Source: a virus (Duplodnaviria > Caudoviricetes). From it: a stretch of 56,064 nt of DNA. The DNA lies in IMG/VR virus record IMGVR_UViG_3300025106_000003, positions 1-56,064 of that record. One strand, written 5' to 3'. Under the pieces are notes generated by a model. That model was not told the DNA's origin. It saw nothing but the letters and a program-made list of their open reading frames with translations, and made no database searches. Numbering within the stretch: the stretch's first letter is position 1; each line of letters starts with the position of its first letter. This document shows positions 20,580 to 31,009 of this stretch, piece after piece. Made by a program: the position numbers and the translations under genes.

Positions 20580-21035
20580 ATGTCTCATTTGGATATTCCT
20601 AAAGCCGATTTAGTAAATCACTTGAAAAAAAGTGCGGAGGAGATGGCCGACACCCTAAGAGATCGGTTCTCGCGAGATTTGATGTTCAATATGACATTTT
20701 TTCTCTTCAATCTCATGAGCAAAAAGATGGTTGAGAGCGTTGAATCGAAAACTACAGGTAAGACTTCTACTTTGGCTGAACACTTCATCAATACTTGGGA
20801 GTCTGAAACTAAAAAGCAGATTGCGCCAGAGCTTAAAGACATGAATGATCAGCTTAATTCTAATAAGCACACCGCATTGATGCAAGCAATGTGCGATTAT
20901 GAACTTCCGAGTACCGAAGACTTTCAGAAGATTTACAGCAAGGCCATAGCAGACACGGTAGCGATGTTTAAAAGGAATACAAAGCTGAACAAAGATGATG
21001 ACGGTGATGATGAGGGGGAGGAGCAGATATGGTAA
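20580..21035 (+). CDS. hypothetical protein
   Basis: 151-aa ORF in operon. Confidence 0.6.
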   Translation: MSHLDIPKADLVNHLKKSAEEMADTLRDRFSRDLMFNMTFFLFNLMSKKMVESVESKTTGKTSTLAEHFINTWESETKKQIAPELKDMNDQLNSNKHTALMQAMCDYELPSTEDFQKIYSKAIADTVAMFKRNTKLNKDDDGDDEGEEQIW

Positions 21036-21247
21036 TTGGAACTCTACGTTCTGTCGCAAGCACCATTTCAGCGCAAGACGGGGAAACTGTAGAGGTATGC
21101 GTAATTAAAAAACCAACGACTAGAAGGGGGAAGTCTGCGACCTTCAATGTTGGGGAGACGGTAGTTATCCTAGCCCAAGAGGAGTACCATAAAATTTTAC
21201 ACAAGAAAAGATCGCCAATGCCATTTGCAAACTATGAAGAATTTTAA
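21029..21247 (+). CDS. hypothetical protein
   Basis: 72-aa ORF overlapping both neighbours. Confidence 0.5.
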   Translation: MVIGTLRSVASTISAQDGETVEVCVIKKPTTRRGKSATFNVGETVVILAQEEYHKILHKKRSPMPFANYEEF

Positions 21248-23363
21248 AAAAGTAGTTATTACAGGAGTGACTGGTCAAGATGGAAGCTATATGGCTGACT
21301 ATCTTCTAGAGAACACAGACTGCGAAATATTCGGCGCGATCCGAAGACTCAGCGTGGACAACCATATCAACATAGAGGGAATCAAAGATAACCCGCGTTT
21401 TCATCTAATAGAAATGGATCTGTGCGACTCCGAGAGTATTGAATGTTCCGTAAGGGAGATTCAGCCAGACTACTACATCAATTTTGCCGCAAACTCGTTT
21501 GTTGGAACAAGCTGGAAACTACCAGTCAATCATTTTCAGTCCAATACAATGGCAGTCCTTCATCAACTTGAGGCAATCCGCAAGCATGCGCCACATTGTC
21601 GCTATTACAACTCTGGGAGTTCGGAGGAGTATGGAAATGTTGCATACACGCCACAAGACGAGAATCACCCCCTTAATCCAAGAAGTCCATATGGTGCCTC
21701 CAAAGCTTCCGCAAGACATATTGTGAAAGTGTGGAGAGAGTCCTATGGTTTATTTGCGATACAGGGACATCTTTTCAACCACGAATGCTTAACCGCCCAA
21801 ACTCCAGTTATATTAAAAAATAAAAATACTGGACTTATTGATATAAAGCCAATTAAAGAAATTGTTCCACATAGAACGAAACCAAATGGTACAAAAAAAT
21901 ATACATCCGTTAATGAATGTGAATATTTAGTTTGGGACGGAAATCGTTGGGAAGAAATCATTACCAGAACCGCTACTTGGAATGATCGTAAAAATGATAA
22001 AAAAGTTTTAAGAGTAATGGCTCGTGGTGGATTCTATGAGGCAACCGAAGATCATATTTCTTTTAAAAACGGCCAAATAGAAACCAAAACTAAAAGTTTA
22101 AAAATAGGAAACGAATTAGAACTAAAAAATTTGCCAGAACTAACCCAAAAATCATTAATAAGCCAAGAGGAGGCAGAATTTTTAGGGCTTATGTCTGCCG
22201 AAGGGTGGGTTTCCTCATGCGGGAAAGGCAGATTTACTAATAAGGACGAGAATCTATGTAATAAAATTAAAGACTTGTGGTCCAAATTATCCATTGGATA
22301 TACATCTGAAAACATAAGTGAAAGCGGATATACTGGTAAAAAAGATATTAAAAATATCAATCTCCTTGGAGATGCTAATTATTTAAAATCAATTAAAAAT
22401 CAATTATATACAAAATCGGAAGAAAAAAGAGTACCTCAAAAAATTCTTAATGCCGATAGAGAGACGATGCTTGCCTATCTGCGCGGTTACAATTATGGAG
22501 ATGGACTCAAGGCTGGAAATCAAAATTCTGAATTTCAAGGTTTTACAACAAATTCTTATACATTAAGCGCGGGACTCTGTTATTTACTTCATCAGCTAGA
22601 TTTTAGATTTGTACTATGCCCAGAAGAAAGGGGCGACAAGATTTATTTTAAAATAAATATAAACGTCAAAAACTCGCAAAAAGGCCACCACCTCAAAAAG
22701 AGCCTCAATGAAATAACTAAAATATCAAAACTTAATTATGAAGGCTGGCTTTTTGATTTAGAAACCACTTCTGGAACATTCTCTGCGGGTGTCGGATTTT
22801 CTTGGGTGCATAATAGCCCTCGTCGTGGAGTGGAATTTGTTACACGCAAAATCTCAATGGGGGTAGCAAGAATTAGGGAAGCTATAAGAAAAGGAGAGTC
22901 TTTTGAGCCTATTGAGGTAGGAAATCTGTATGCCAAGCGCGATTGGAGTCATGCCAAAGACTTTGTAAGAGGGATCTGGATGATGCTTAATCAGGAAACT
23001 CTCCGAAAAGAATCCGTTGCAATATGTAGCTTGAAAGAGTATGTCCTATCCTCTAATGAAACGCATACAGTAAAAGAATTTATTGAAATAGCCTTCTCAA
23101 TTGCAGGATTGAAGGGCGAATGGGTGGGTGAAGGAGTAGACGAAAGGTACATCATGCCTTGTGATACACAGCAGGGAACAATTAATTTGGTTAAAATTAA
23201 TCCAGATTTTTACAGACCAGCGGAGGTCGAGCTGTTACTTGGCGATTCCACAAAAGCGCGCACCGAACTCGGTTGGAAGCCAGACTACAATTTGGAGCAG
23301 TTGGTTAAAGAGATGGTAGACAACGACATAAAGCTGGTAAAAAACAAAGCAAATACAGATTGA
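21234..23363 (+). CDS. gmd: GDP-mannose 4,6-dehydratase containing an intein
   Basis: ITGVTGQDGSY, PRSPYGASK, LFNHE|SPRRG.EFVTRKI, RDWSHAKD, YRPAEVELLLGD. Confidence 0.9.
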   Translation: MKNFKKVVITGVTGQDGSYMADYLLENTDCEIFGAIRRLSVDNHINIEGIKDNPRFHLIEMDLCDSESIECSVREIQPDYYINFAANSFVGTSWKLPVNHFQSNTMAVLHQLEAIRKHAPHCRYYNSGSSEEYGNVAYTPQDENHPLNPRSPYGASKASARHIVKVWRESYGLFAIQGHLFNHECLTAQTPVILKNKNTGLIDIKPIKEIVPHRTKPNGTKKYTSVNECEYLVWDGNRWEEIITRTATWNDRKNDKKVLRVMARGGFYEATEDHISFKNGQIETKTKSLKIGNELELKNLPELTQKSLISQEEAEFLGLMSAEGWVSSCGKGRFTNKDENLCNKIKDLWSKLSIGYTSENISESGYTGKKDIKNINLLGDANYLKSIKNQLYTKSEEKRVPQKILNADRETMLAYLRGYNYGDGLKAGNQNSEFQGFTTNSYTLSAGLCYLLHQLDFRFVLCPEERGDKIYFKININVKNSQKGHHLKKSLNEITKISKLNYEGWLFDLETTSGTFSAGVGFSWVHNSPRRGVEFVTRKISMGVARIREAIRKGESFEPIEVGNLYAKRDWSHAKDFVRGIWMMLNQETLRKESVAICSLKEYVLSSNETHTVKEFIEIAFSIAGLKGEWVGEGVDERYIMPCDTQQGTINLVKINPDFYRPAEVELLLGDSTKARTELGWKPDYNLEQLVKEMVDNDIKLVKNKANTD
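21786..22814 (+). mobile_element. 343-aa intein with LAGLIDADG endonuclease in gmd
   Basis: Starts CLTAQTPV, ends WVHN before Ser; FLGLMSAEG and YLRGYNYGDG motifs; AT-rich. Confidence 0.9.
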
Positions 23364-23388
23364 CAGACGGGCAAAGCCGATGTAATAT
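23360..23388 (+). promoter_or_regulatory. sigma70-type promoter, probably leaderless
   Basis: TTGACA-17nt-TAATAT, GTG start 6 nt downstream. Confidence 0.55.
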
Positions 23389-23394
23389 GTATTC

Positions 23395-23793
23395 GTGACC
23401 AGTACAGGCAAATTTAATTATTTAGGAGAAAGATTCACGAAATCCTCTTTTAAGGCGGAGTTCGTGATGGCTTGCATACAGACAGAAGACCCGAAGGAGA
23501 TAAATTGGCCACGCGAGATGAAAATTATGAACAAGCTTGCAAAAGCTGTCCCAAATTATCTGTTTTGGGATCACGCTAGGCCGACATTTAAACTCCCTTC
23601 TCTGGCATGGTTCCTGACAAAAAAAGGTAAAAAATACCTGAACGAAAAATGGCGTGATTTTAATCACAAAATGAAGGAGCCGGAAGCGCCGCCTATGCTA
23701 GAAGAGGATAAGGTAGGGCAAGACGGCGAAGTGGGAGAGAAAAAAATATTGACAATTTCAGACTTTTTAAAACAGAAAAAAACAGAGGAGTAA
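23395..23793 (+). CDS. hypothetical protein
   Basis: 132-aa ORF following promoter. Confidence 0.6.
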   Translation: MTSTGKFNYLGERFTKSSFKAEFVMACIQTEDPKEINWPREMKIMNKLAKAVPNYLFWDHARPTFKLPSLAWFLTKKGKKYLNEKWRDFNHKMKEPEAPPMLEEDKVGQDGEVGEKKILTISDFLKQKKTEE

Positions 23794-23796
23794 AAT

Positions 23797-24921
23797 ATGG
23801 CTAAAGAAAAAAATACAAAAGAAGAAGCAGATAAGAAAGGTGACCCAACGGTAAGTCTATTGTCAGGGTATCTTAAAGCGAACAAGGAAGATCACTATGG
23901 GGATATTTTGGAAAAGGATTTTCAAATTCCAACAGGTAGTTTGATTTTCGATATTGAGACGGGGGGAGGCATTCGGCCCTCTATTCTGAGAATGTCTGGA
24001 GTGAGCGGCGGCGGAAAAACAAGTTGCAGCCTTTCTATTCTTAAAAACTTCCTTGACGAACCAATCGGGCGCAGGGGCTTGTATGTCAAAGCGGAGGGGA
24101 GATTGAGCAGGGAAATTATTGAAAGGTCTGGAGTTAAATTCGTTCATAATCCAGAGGAGTGGGTTGATGGAACATGCTACGTCCTAAAAACTAATATCTA
24201 TGAGGTTGCTGCCAATCTTATCCATGATTTGGTAAAGCATAACCCTAATGAGCTATCGTTCTTTTTTATTATTGATTCGATGGATGCCCTATTTCCAAAA
24301 GGTGATAAGGACAAACTCTTTGAAGAGTGCGGTAAGGTATCAGGAGGAGCAACTCTCTCCTCTCACTTCCTTCGCAAGATGTCTCTACCGTTCTCGGTGG
24401 GAGGTCACATCTGTAGCATGATCTCTCAGGTTAGGAGCGCGATTTCTATTAATCCTTACGCTAAAGCTGATCCCAAGCAGACAAACGCTTCTGGAGGTAA
24501 CGCGCTCAATCACTATCCAGACTGGACGCTTGAGTTCCAGCCTCGCTATAAAGCGGATCTAATGTTCGATAAGAAAGATAATATCATAGGCCACTGGGCC
24601 AAGATCATCTTCCGTAAATCCCCAAACGAAAAGGACGGAAAGGAAATTCGATACCCTATTAAGCATAACCAGAAGTCTGGCAATTCAGTATGGAAAGAGT
24701 ACGAAATTTTCGATATCTTAATAGCTTGGGAAATGCTAAAGAAAGGTGGGGCGTGGCTCACGCTATCGGATGATATTCATGCGGAGCTAACAGCGGTATG
24801 CCCTGAGTTTCCAAAGATGGTTCAAGGTCAGGAGAAATTTATTGAAACTCTTGAGGCCAACCTTGCCGCCACGGAGTATCTATTTAATAAATTTAAGAAG
24901 CTCCTTGCGCAGCCAGTATGA
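23797..24921 (+). CDS. recA: RecA/UvsX-like recombinase
   Basis: IPTGSLIFD, GVSGGGKTS, IIDS, ISQVR, SGGNALNHY. Confidence 0.85.
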   Translation: MAKEKNTKEEADKKGDPTVSLLSGYLKANKEDHYGDILEKDFQIPTGSLIFDIETGGGIRPSILRMSGVSGGGKTSCSLSILKNFLDEPIGRRGLYVKAEGRLSREIIERSGVKFVHNPEEWVDGTCYVLKTNIYEVAANLIHDLVKHNPNELSFFFIIDSMDALFPKGDKDKLFEECGKVSGGATLSSHFLRKMSLPFSVGGHICSMISQVRSAISINPYAKADPKQTNASGGNALNHYPDWTLEFQPRYKADLMFDKKDNIIGHWAKIIFRKSPNEKDGKEIRYPIKHNQKSGNSVWKEYEIFDILIAWEMLKKGGAWLTLSDDIHAELTAVCPEFPKMVQGQEKFIETLEANLAATEYLFNKFKKLLAQPV

Positions 24922-25340
24922 CAATAATCCCAAACATAAGCGGGAAACCTCGCTCGGTCAACTTGGCAAAATACAGAGTTGACTGGGCAAGTAAAAGGGC
25001 GAGCAACGCGCAGTTCAAGGCGAAGCAGTTCTTCAAGCAATTTTGGTATGCTGATCAGGTTCTAGAGGAAATGGTTATCCCCGGCACGAGGCTAAGGCTC
25101 GATTTGGTCAACCTAACCAAAAAAATTGTTGTGGAGGTTTCTGGAGCGCAGCACGAAACGTTCGTCAAATTTTATCATAAAAACAGATTGGGTTTTTTAA
25201 AGTCAGTAAAGAGGGACTTCAAAAAGATAAATTGGGTCGAGAAGCATTTGTGCTTTACTTTCCTCGAAATATACGATACAGAAGTAGATGACCTAACGGT
25301 GGACGGCATAGAAAAGAAGTTTGGTATTAAAATTTATTAA
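24918..25340 (+). CDS. DUF559/Vsr-like endonuclease
   Basis: LRLDL..KIVVEVSGAQH...RD..K pattern. Confidence 0.65.
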   Translation: MTIIPNISGKPRSVNLAKYRVDWASKRASNAQFKAKQFFKQFWYADQVLEEMVIPGTRLRLDLVNLTKKIVVEVSGAQHETFVKFYHKNRLGFLKSVKRDFKKINWVEKHLCFTFLEIYDTEVDDLTVDGIEKKFGIKIY

Positions 25341-25345
25341 ATAAA

Positions 25346-25654
25346 ATGAAAAAAGAAAAAGAATTCGAAAACGAGGGAGATGATGGATTTGTCATCAGCG
25401 ATGCGTTTTTTAGCGAGCTAAACGAAATGAGCGGCGGTGGCTATCTTATTTTCATCTTAGATGACGATGGAACGCCTGTCATCTACGAATCTTTTGACAC
25501 CAGAGCTTACGAGAGCTTGGTGAAGTCATTTGCTTCCGATTGGTTGGAGGCAGACCGAGAGGTTCGCAAAGACATCCTCAAGGATGAGATTTCAGACCAG
25601 TGGTTTAATTTCGAGGGGGGTATTGAAGACGGGAGCGACGAAGATGGCTTTTAA
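25346..25654 (+). CDS. acidic hypothetical protein
   Basis: 102-aa ORF between nuclease and helicase. Confidence 0.6.
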   Translation: MKKEKEFENEGDDGFVISDAFFSELNEMSGGGYLIFILDDDGTPVIYESFDTRAYESLVKSFASDWLEADREVRKDILKDEISDQWFNFEGGIEDGSDEDGF

Positions 25655-27179
25655 TCCTAACCCCAACCACCTGATTTATAGCCCAACTCTGGAAAAACAC
25701 GTAATCGCGGGTTGCTTCAAATACCCGAAGATGTTTTACGAGATTGAGACGTTCGTTCATGAAAATGACTTCGTTTATGATCTTTATTCCACGGTTTTTG
25801 CCGTGCTAAAGAATCAAATTCATAATCAGGACTCGGTAGACCCCTTTATCGTTACGGAAAAGATCAAGAATCTTGGAATCTCCTTTAAGAGCGGGGAAGA
25901 TATTGACAGCATGCTCCGCAGCTTATCATTGATCAAATTGTCGGAAAAGGGATTTATTGAGGCTTGTCGTGACTTGAAGAAAACGACCGTGCGTCGAGAG
26001 ATTTTCGATACTGCGACCAAAATCCAAGATGTGATGAAGGCGAAGAATGACGCCTCTTATGACCAGCTTATCGCAGAAGCAGACGCCATCTATAACAAAA
26101 AAATTTCATCCTATGACCTAGTCGAAGATCCCCAAAACGTATTCGATGACATGCAGGAGATCATGGAATCATTGGGGAATAATCCTGTTGACGAGTCTGG
26201 CTTCTCCACTCCATATCCTGACTTTAATAGGCTTTACGGAGGTCTAAGGCCCAAGAATCTTTACGCCTTTACTGCTCGTGCTGGTCAGGGAAAAACCACC
26301 TTTCTTACAGATATGTGCTATCGTGCATGTAATACGGTAACTGCCAATCTCGATAAAAATATCCACTGTCTCTATCTAGATACAGAAATGGAAAAACTTG
26401 ACCAGCAGAAGAGGCTTTTGGCATCAATCTCAGGTGTGCCGTTCTGGTATATCGACACAGGCCAATGGAGAAAAAATCAGGAAATGGTAGAAAAGGTTCG
26501 CGCAGCATGGCCTATCATTAAAAATTATCGCTTCCATCACATGAAGGTAGGCAACAAGCCCGTCAACGAGGTTATCTCCATGGCTCGCCGCTGGTATTAT
26601 TCAAAGGTTGGTCGCGGAAATAACGCCATTCTCTGTTACGATTACTTAAAGATGACCGGAGAGGGAACGTCGGACTCTTGGAAGGAGTATCAGGTCATTG
26701 GAGATAAGACAGACAAGTTAAAAAAGCTAGCGGAAGAACTTGAGGTTCCAATCCTTACGTCGACGCAGCTTAATAGGACTGGAGAAAACCAGAATCGTCG
26801 CGCTGGCGGCTTTACGGATGATGCTTCAGCAATCGCGCTTTCCGACCGTCTACAATGGTTTGCCTCATATGTAGGTATTTTTAGGCGCAAAACTCTTGAC
26901 GAGATAGAATTAGACGGAGAGGACAATGGAACGCATAAGCTCGTAACAACGAAGAGTCGTTTCCAAGGTAAAGAGGCTGCTGGGCATCATGACCTAATCC
27001 AGAGAGAGATCGACGGAGAAAGAAAGTATGTTGCTAACTATGTATCATTTGATGTAAAAAACTTTGGAGTTGAGGAGAAGGGGAGTTTAGATACGCTCAT
27101 CAAACGAGGCGGCTTGCAATTTCAAATATTTGATAACGAGGGGAGGGTTGTTAATAATGAGCCAGAAAACCTACTTTAA
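25644..27179 (+). CDS. dnaB: replicative DNA helicase
   Basis: ARAGQGKTT, LDTEM, YDYLK, QLNR, KSRF; start at MAFNP. Confidence 0.9.
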   Translation: MAFNPNPNHLIYSPTLEKHVIAGCFKYPKMFYEIETFVHENDFVYDLYSTVFAVLKNQIHNQDSVDPFIVTEKIKNLGISFKSGEDIDSMLRSLSLIKLSEKGFIEACRDLKKTTVRREIFDTATKIQDVMKAKNDASYDQLIAEADAIYNKKISSYDLVEDPQNVFDDMQEIMESLGNNPVDESGFSTPYPDFNRLYGGLRPKNLYAFTARAGQGKTTFLTDMCYRACNTVTANLDKNIHCLYLDTEMEKLDQQKRLLASISGVPFWYIDTGQWRKNQEMVEKVRAAWPIIKNYRFHHMKVGNKPVNEVISMARRWYYSKVGRGNNAILCYDYLKMTGEGTSDSWKEYQVIGDKTDKLKKLAEELEVPILTSTQLNRTGENQNRRAGGFTDDASAIALSDRLQWFASYVGIFRRKTLDEIELDGEDNGTHKLVTTKSRFQGKEAAGHHDLIQREIDGERKYVANYVSFDVKNFGVEEKGSLDTLIKRGGLQFQIFDNEGRVVNNEPENLL

Positions 27180-28125
27180 TCCATCCACAGAGCAGATGCG
27201 TGAAATACTTACGGAGCTAGGCTTCAAGCTTAACGATGAAGGTAAAGATTGGCGTTGCGCTGCAATCCATCGTGATGGCGACAACGAAAGAGGTATTCGC
27301 ATTAATAAGATCACTGGGGTTTGGCAGGATTTCTCCGTTGGCGAGTTTGGCTCATTTTTCCAATTGGTGGGCAAAGCTAAGGGTTTTAAGAATAAAACCG
27401 TTAAGCAGATTATTGAGGCTATCGAAAGCGAACAGAGGAATAATCACTCAGAAGTCGCCTACCCTCTCGAAAAGATAAGCTGCCCAAAAATATTTGACCC
27501 AAGTTTGCTTGATAAACTTAAGCAGGATCACAGCTACTGGATCAACAGGGGCGTAAAAGAGGAAACTATTAAGTTGTTCAAGGGGGGGCTTTGCACATCG
27601 GGAAATATGAACGGCAGATATGTATTTCCAATCTTTGACGAAAATAGCATCATAAGAGGATTCTCTGGCCGCGCTGTTTACGACAACCCAAAAATTAAGT
27701 GGAAGCATTTTGGCAGCAAGACAACTTGGGAGTATCCATTATTTGCCTCACGCGAAGAGGTGGAAAAAGAGGGGTTCGTTGTAATTATAGAAAGCATAGG
27801 GGACATGCTGCGCCTCTGGGACAATGGTGTAAAAAACACTCTGGTCACATTTGGGCTTGACGGGCTTAGCAACATTAAATACAAACTCCTAGAGCTTGAT
27901 CCGCAAAAGATTTCAATATCCTTCAATGATGACAACGTTGGAGCGAAATTCAATGGAAAGGGTAATGAGGCCTCAGTAAGGTTTGCCAGAGACTTGGTTT
28001 TTAGCCAACTTTTCGAGAGGGAGCAGATTAAAATTTTACCGCCGAGCAGTAATGACTTCGGGGTAATGACAGATGAACAAATACAATTATGGCACCAGAA
28101 AACAAAAAAGAAATTACTTACCTAA
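27157..28125 (+). CDS. DNA primase (DnaG-like TOPRIM)
   Basis: YWINRG, RYVFPI, GFSGR, IIESIGD, FNDD; start at MSQKT. Confidence 0.8.
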   Translation: MSQKTYFNPSTEQMREILTELGFKLNDEGKDWRCAAIHRDGDNERGIRINKITGVWQDFSVGEFGSFFQLVGKAKGFKNKTVKQIIEAIESEQRNNHSEVAYPLEKISCPKIFDPSLLDKLKQDHSYWINRGVKEETIKLFKGGLCTSGNMNGRYVFPIFDENSIIRGFSGRAVYDNPKIKWKHFGSKTTWEYPLFASREEVEKEGFVVIIESIGDMLRLWDNGVKNTLVTFGLDGLSNIKYKLLELDPQKISISFNDDNVGAKFNGKGNEASVRFARDLVFSQLFEREQIKILPPSSNDFGVMTDEQIQLWHQKTKKKLLT

Positions 28126-28181
28126 GTGCATCTAAAAAGGATTGGCGCGGAATTCCACAATATATTTATTCTTGTGTATAA
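28089..28181 (+). pseudogene. orphaned N-terminal fragment of the downstream PD-(D/E)XK nuclease gene
   Basis: MAPENKKEITYLSASK... repeats the LSASK motif that opens ORF 29224. Confidence 0.55.
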
Positions 28182-28190
28182 GTCGTATAT

Positions 28191-29231
28191 ATGAAAATAA
28201 AAAAACAAGAAGATGTTGCTGCCATGGTTGCCATGTATAATTCAGGCTTCTCTATGGAGAAGATAGGGGAAAAAATGCGCGTCTCTAGCTATATTGTAAA
28301 AAAGTCCCTGCAAAATAAAGTAGCGTTTCGTGCGCAGGGTTCATGGGCCAGAAAATATACGTGCAATAGTGATTTTTTTGATAAAATCAATACGCAGGAA
28401 AAAGCTTACTGGTTAGGTTTTTTATATGCCGACTGTTACGTAAGAGAGGGAGGAATTCAACTTCTTCTCAAGCAGTCAGACCAAGATCATGTAAAAAAAT
28501 TCAAACATGCCATAAAGGCGACCAACCCAGTAGAATTGCGCTCAGATAAGGTTAAATACAAAAACGGACAGACTGGAATTCAACATACGGCAAAGCTAAG
28601 AATCTCTGACGTGAAGATGTCAAAAGATTTGCAAAAACTTGGTTGTTTTATTAATAAAACGCACAAATTGAGTTTCCCAACGGAGAATCAGGTTCCAGAC
28701 AGATTAGTTAAACATTTTATGCGCGGATATTTTGACGGAGATGGCTCCGTTTGGCAGTGCGAATCTTCCCGCAGCAAAAAGTTTGGAGCCTCTCTAACTT
28801 CTACCAATGAATTTATTTTAAAATTTAAAAAGAAGTTGAATAAATTGACTAATTCAGAAATAGGCCAAATAAGTTTTCATAAAAATTCTAATTTTAGCAT
28901 TTTATCTTTTAGTAGCGTTGACTCGTTTAACATTCTGAGGGATTTCTTTTATAAGGACTCTGAGGTTCATATGGAGAGAAAATTCAGTAAATTTAAGCAG
29001 TTTCCGTCTACGACTCTGCGACATGCTCTGCGAGATACGCTAAACAAAATTATGGAGCATTTTGACGAGGGGGGCGAGTTGTCAACCAAAGATATTATGA
29101 AAAGATTAAGTGTCAAATTAAATAAAGCGCAGATGTTGGTTAAAAAACTTGTAGGGGAAAATAAAATTGAACAAGTTGGATACAAATGCCGCTACGCAAA
29201 GATTTATAGAAAAAAAATAACAAATGGATAA
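28191..29231 (+). CDS. free-standing LAGLIDADG homing endonuclease
   Basis: KAYWLGFLYADC, HFMRGYFDGDGS; HTH-like termini. Confidence 0.85.
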   Translation: MKIKKQEDVAAMVAMYNSGFSMEKIGEKMRVSSYIVKKSLQNKVAFRAQGSWARKYTCNSDFFDKINTQEKAYWLGFLYADCYVREGGIQLLLKQSDQDHVKKFKHAIKATNPVELRSDKVKYKNGQTGIQHTAKLRISDVKMSKDLQKLGCFINKTHKLSFPTENQVPDRLVKHFMRGYFDGDGSVWQCESSRSKKFGASLTSTNEFILKFKKKLNKLTNSEIGQISFHKNSNFSILSFSSVDSFNILRDFFYKDSEVHMERKFSKFKQFPSTTLRHALRDTLNKIMEHFDEGGELSTKDIMKRLSVKLNKAQMLVKKLVGENKIEQVGYKCRYAKIYRKKITNG

Positions 29232-30234
29232 CAATAAACCGACTGTCGCACTTTCCGCCTCCAAGATTAAAACACTTCAAACCTGCTCTTGGCTGTATCA
29301 CTGCAATTATGAAATTAAACTCCCTCAAGGCAGTAATGATGGGGCGAGGAGGGGATCGTGCGTGCATGAAATTCTAGAGCTTTTGACAAAAAACCGACAC
29401 AAAAAATATATAGATTTGATAGCGTCAGCTGAGCAGCCTTGCGAGGTAAAAGCTATAGAAAAATTAATGACTGCAAAATTTAAAAAACTCGAACTCGAAA
29501 AAGTAGAACCGGTCAAGCCGCTAAGCGGAAAAGTTTCCAATGAGACAAACTGGGATTGCGTGTGGAACATGCTCAAATTTACGATACAAAAAGAATACCT
29601 AGATATTGGAGATAAAAAAATTATTCATTCCGAATATGAATTTGACATGGAAAATGAATCTCCACGCTATAAAGTAAGAGGGTTTATAGACAGGCTATCC
29701 GAAGAGGATGGCGTGATAGAGATTTTGGATTTCAAAGGAAGCGCGCGCAAATTTAAAGGAGATGAAGAGTCGAGCAACGTACAGGCTATGATATACTCGT
29801 TGGTGGCAAGAAAAATATGGAAGCATTACAAGAGATACAGGGCTAATTTCTTTTTTATGAGATTCAAAAAAGACCCGTATCAATGCAATGAATTTTCAGA
29901 TGAGGAACTTAAAGGGTTTGAATCGTATCTTGAATATGTCACCGAAATCATTGAAAACTTCGACAGCAAAACTGCGGTGTCGAACATGGCCTCAGAATCA
30001 AAAGAGAAGTCATGGCTTTGCGGCAGGGGCAAATGGCAGTGTCCGTATAAAAAACCATTTTTTTTCTTTGTCGTAGAGGATGAGGCAGGCAAGCAGCTTT
30101 CATCGCACCTTTCCCACAAGGAGGCCGAGGAGGCTGCTTTAAAAATAAAGGATAAAAAGGTGAATATCGAAATGAAGCATTATCATGGATGCCCAAGCTG
30201 GAAAACGCTTGACAGCGACGAAAATCCGTTTTAA
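29224..30234 (+). CDS. PD-(D/E)XK exonuclease (RecB/Cas4-like)
   Basis: LSAS..TC, RGSCVH, GFIDR, ILDFK, Q..IY, C-terminal Cys cluster. Confidence 0.8.
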   Translation: MDNNKPTVALSASKIKTLQTCSWLYHCNYEIKLPQGSNDGARRGSCVHEILELLTKNRHKKYIDLIASAEQPCEVKAIEKLMTAKFKKLELEKVEPVKPLSGKVSNETNWDCVWNMLKFTIQKEYLDIGDKKIIHSEYEFDMENESPRYKVRGFIDRLSEEDGVIEILDFKGSARKFKGDEESSNVQAMIYSLVARKIWKHYKRYRANFFFMRFKKDPYQCNEFSDEELKGFESYLEYVTEIIENFDSKTAVSNMASESKEKSWLCGRGKWQCPYKKPFFFFVVEDEAGKQLSSHLSHKEAEEAALKIKDKKVNIEMKHYHGCPSWKTLDSDENPF

Positions 30235-30244
30235 ACTGCAAAAA

Positions 30245-31009
30245 GTGAACATACTTCCATTTTTTAAATCTCATTACTCCATCAACAAGAGCATCCTAAC
30301 TCTTGACAAGGATCATGCCTCAAACAACGGCCCAAAGTCGATCATCAAGTTGGCGCAAGACTACGGGGTTTCTGACCCATTCTTGGTGGACGATAATCTA
30401 TCAGGATTTCTTGAAGCGTACTACAACGCAAAAGATGCGAACGTAAAGCTCAACATGGGCGTCAGGATTACGGTCTGTGATGACATGGACAAGAAGGATA
30501 AGGAGAGCTTAAAAAACGAATCCAAATATATCATCTTTTTGAAGAAGTCCAAGGGATATGACACGCTTTTTAAGATTTATTCTCACGCATCAACAAAAGG
30601 GCTTTATTATATCCCTCGCATAGACATGAAAACTTTGGAGTCTATGTGGTCAGACGATCTAGCATTGGGGGTGCCATTCTACGACAGTTTTCTGTTTAAA
30701 AATCATTTCACGATCTGCAATATTATCCCTCCCCAGTTCTGGTGCGAGCCAACTTTTTTCATCGAACAAAACGGACTGCCATTTGATGAGCGCTTCGGTG
30801 AAAGTTTAAAGGCGTATTTGGATACGGCTGGCTTAACTGCGCCGCTCCCCTGCCAGTCCATCTTTTATGAGCAGAAGGATGACTTCTTGGCTTATCTTAC
30901 CATGAGATGCATCGGGAAACGCACTACTTTACAAAAACCAAATCTAGATTTTATGTGCAGCGACCAGTTCTGCTTAGAATCATGGGAGGAAAAATGCAAG
31001 ACGAACTAA
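30245..31009 (+). CDS. stand-alone PHP domain of DNA polymerase III alpha
   Basis: KSHYSI..SIL, VDDNLSG, GY..L.KI.S, YYIPRID; GTG start at 30245. Confidence 0.7.
   Translation: MNILPFFKSHYSINKSILTLDKDHASNNGPKSIIKLAQDYGVSDPFLVDDNLSGFLEAYYNAKDANVKLNMGVRITVCDDMDKKDKESLKNESKYIIFLKKSKGYDTLFKIYSHASTKGLYYIPRIDMKTLESMWSDDLALGVPFYDSFLFKNHFTICNIIPPQFWCEPTFFIEQNGLPFDERFGESLKAYLDTAGLTAPLPCQSIFYEQKDDFLAYLTMRCIGKRTTLQKPNLDFMCSDQFCLESWEEKCKTN

Noticed and set aside
29224-30234. CRISPR-Cas system suggested by the Cas4-like nuclease
   Set aside because: No repeat-spacer array or other cas genes seen; it sits in a replication operon.
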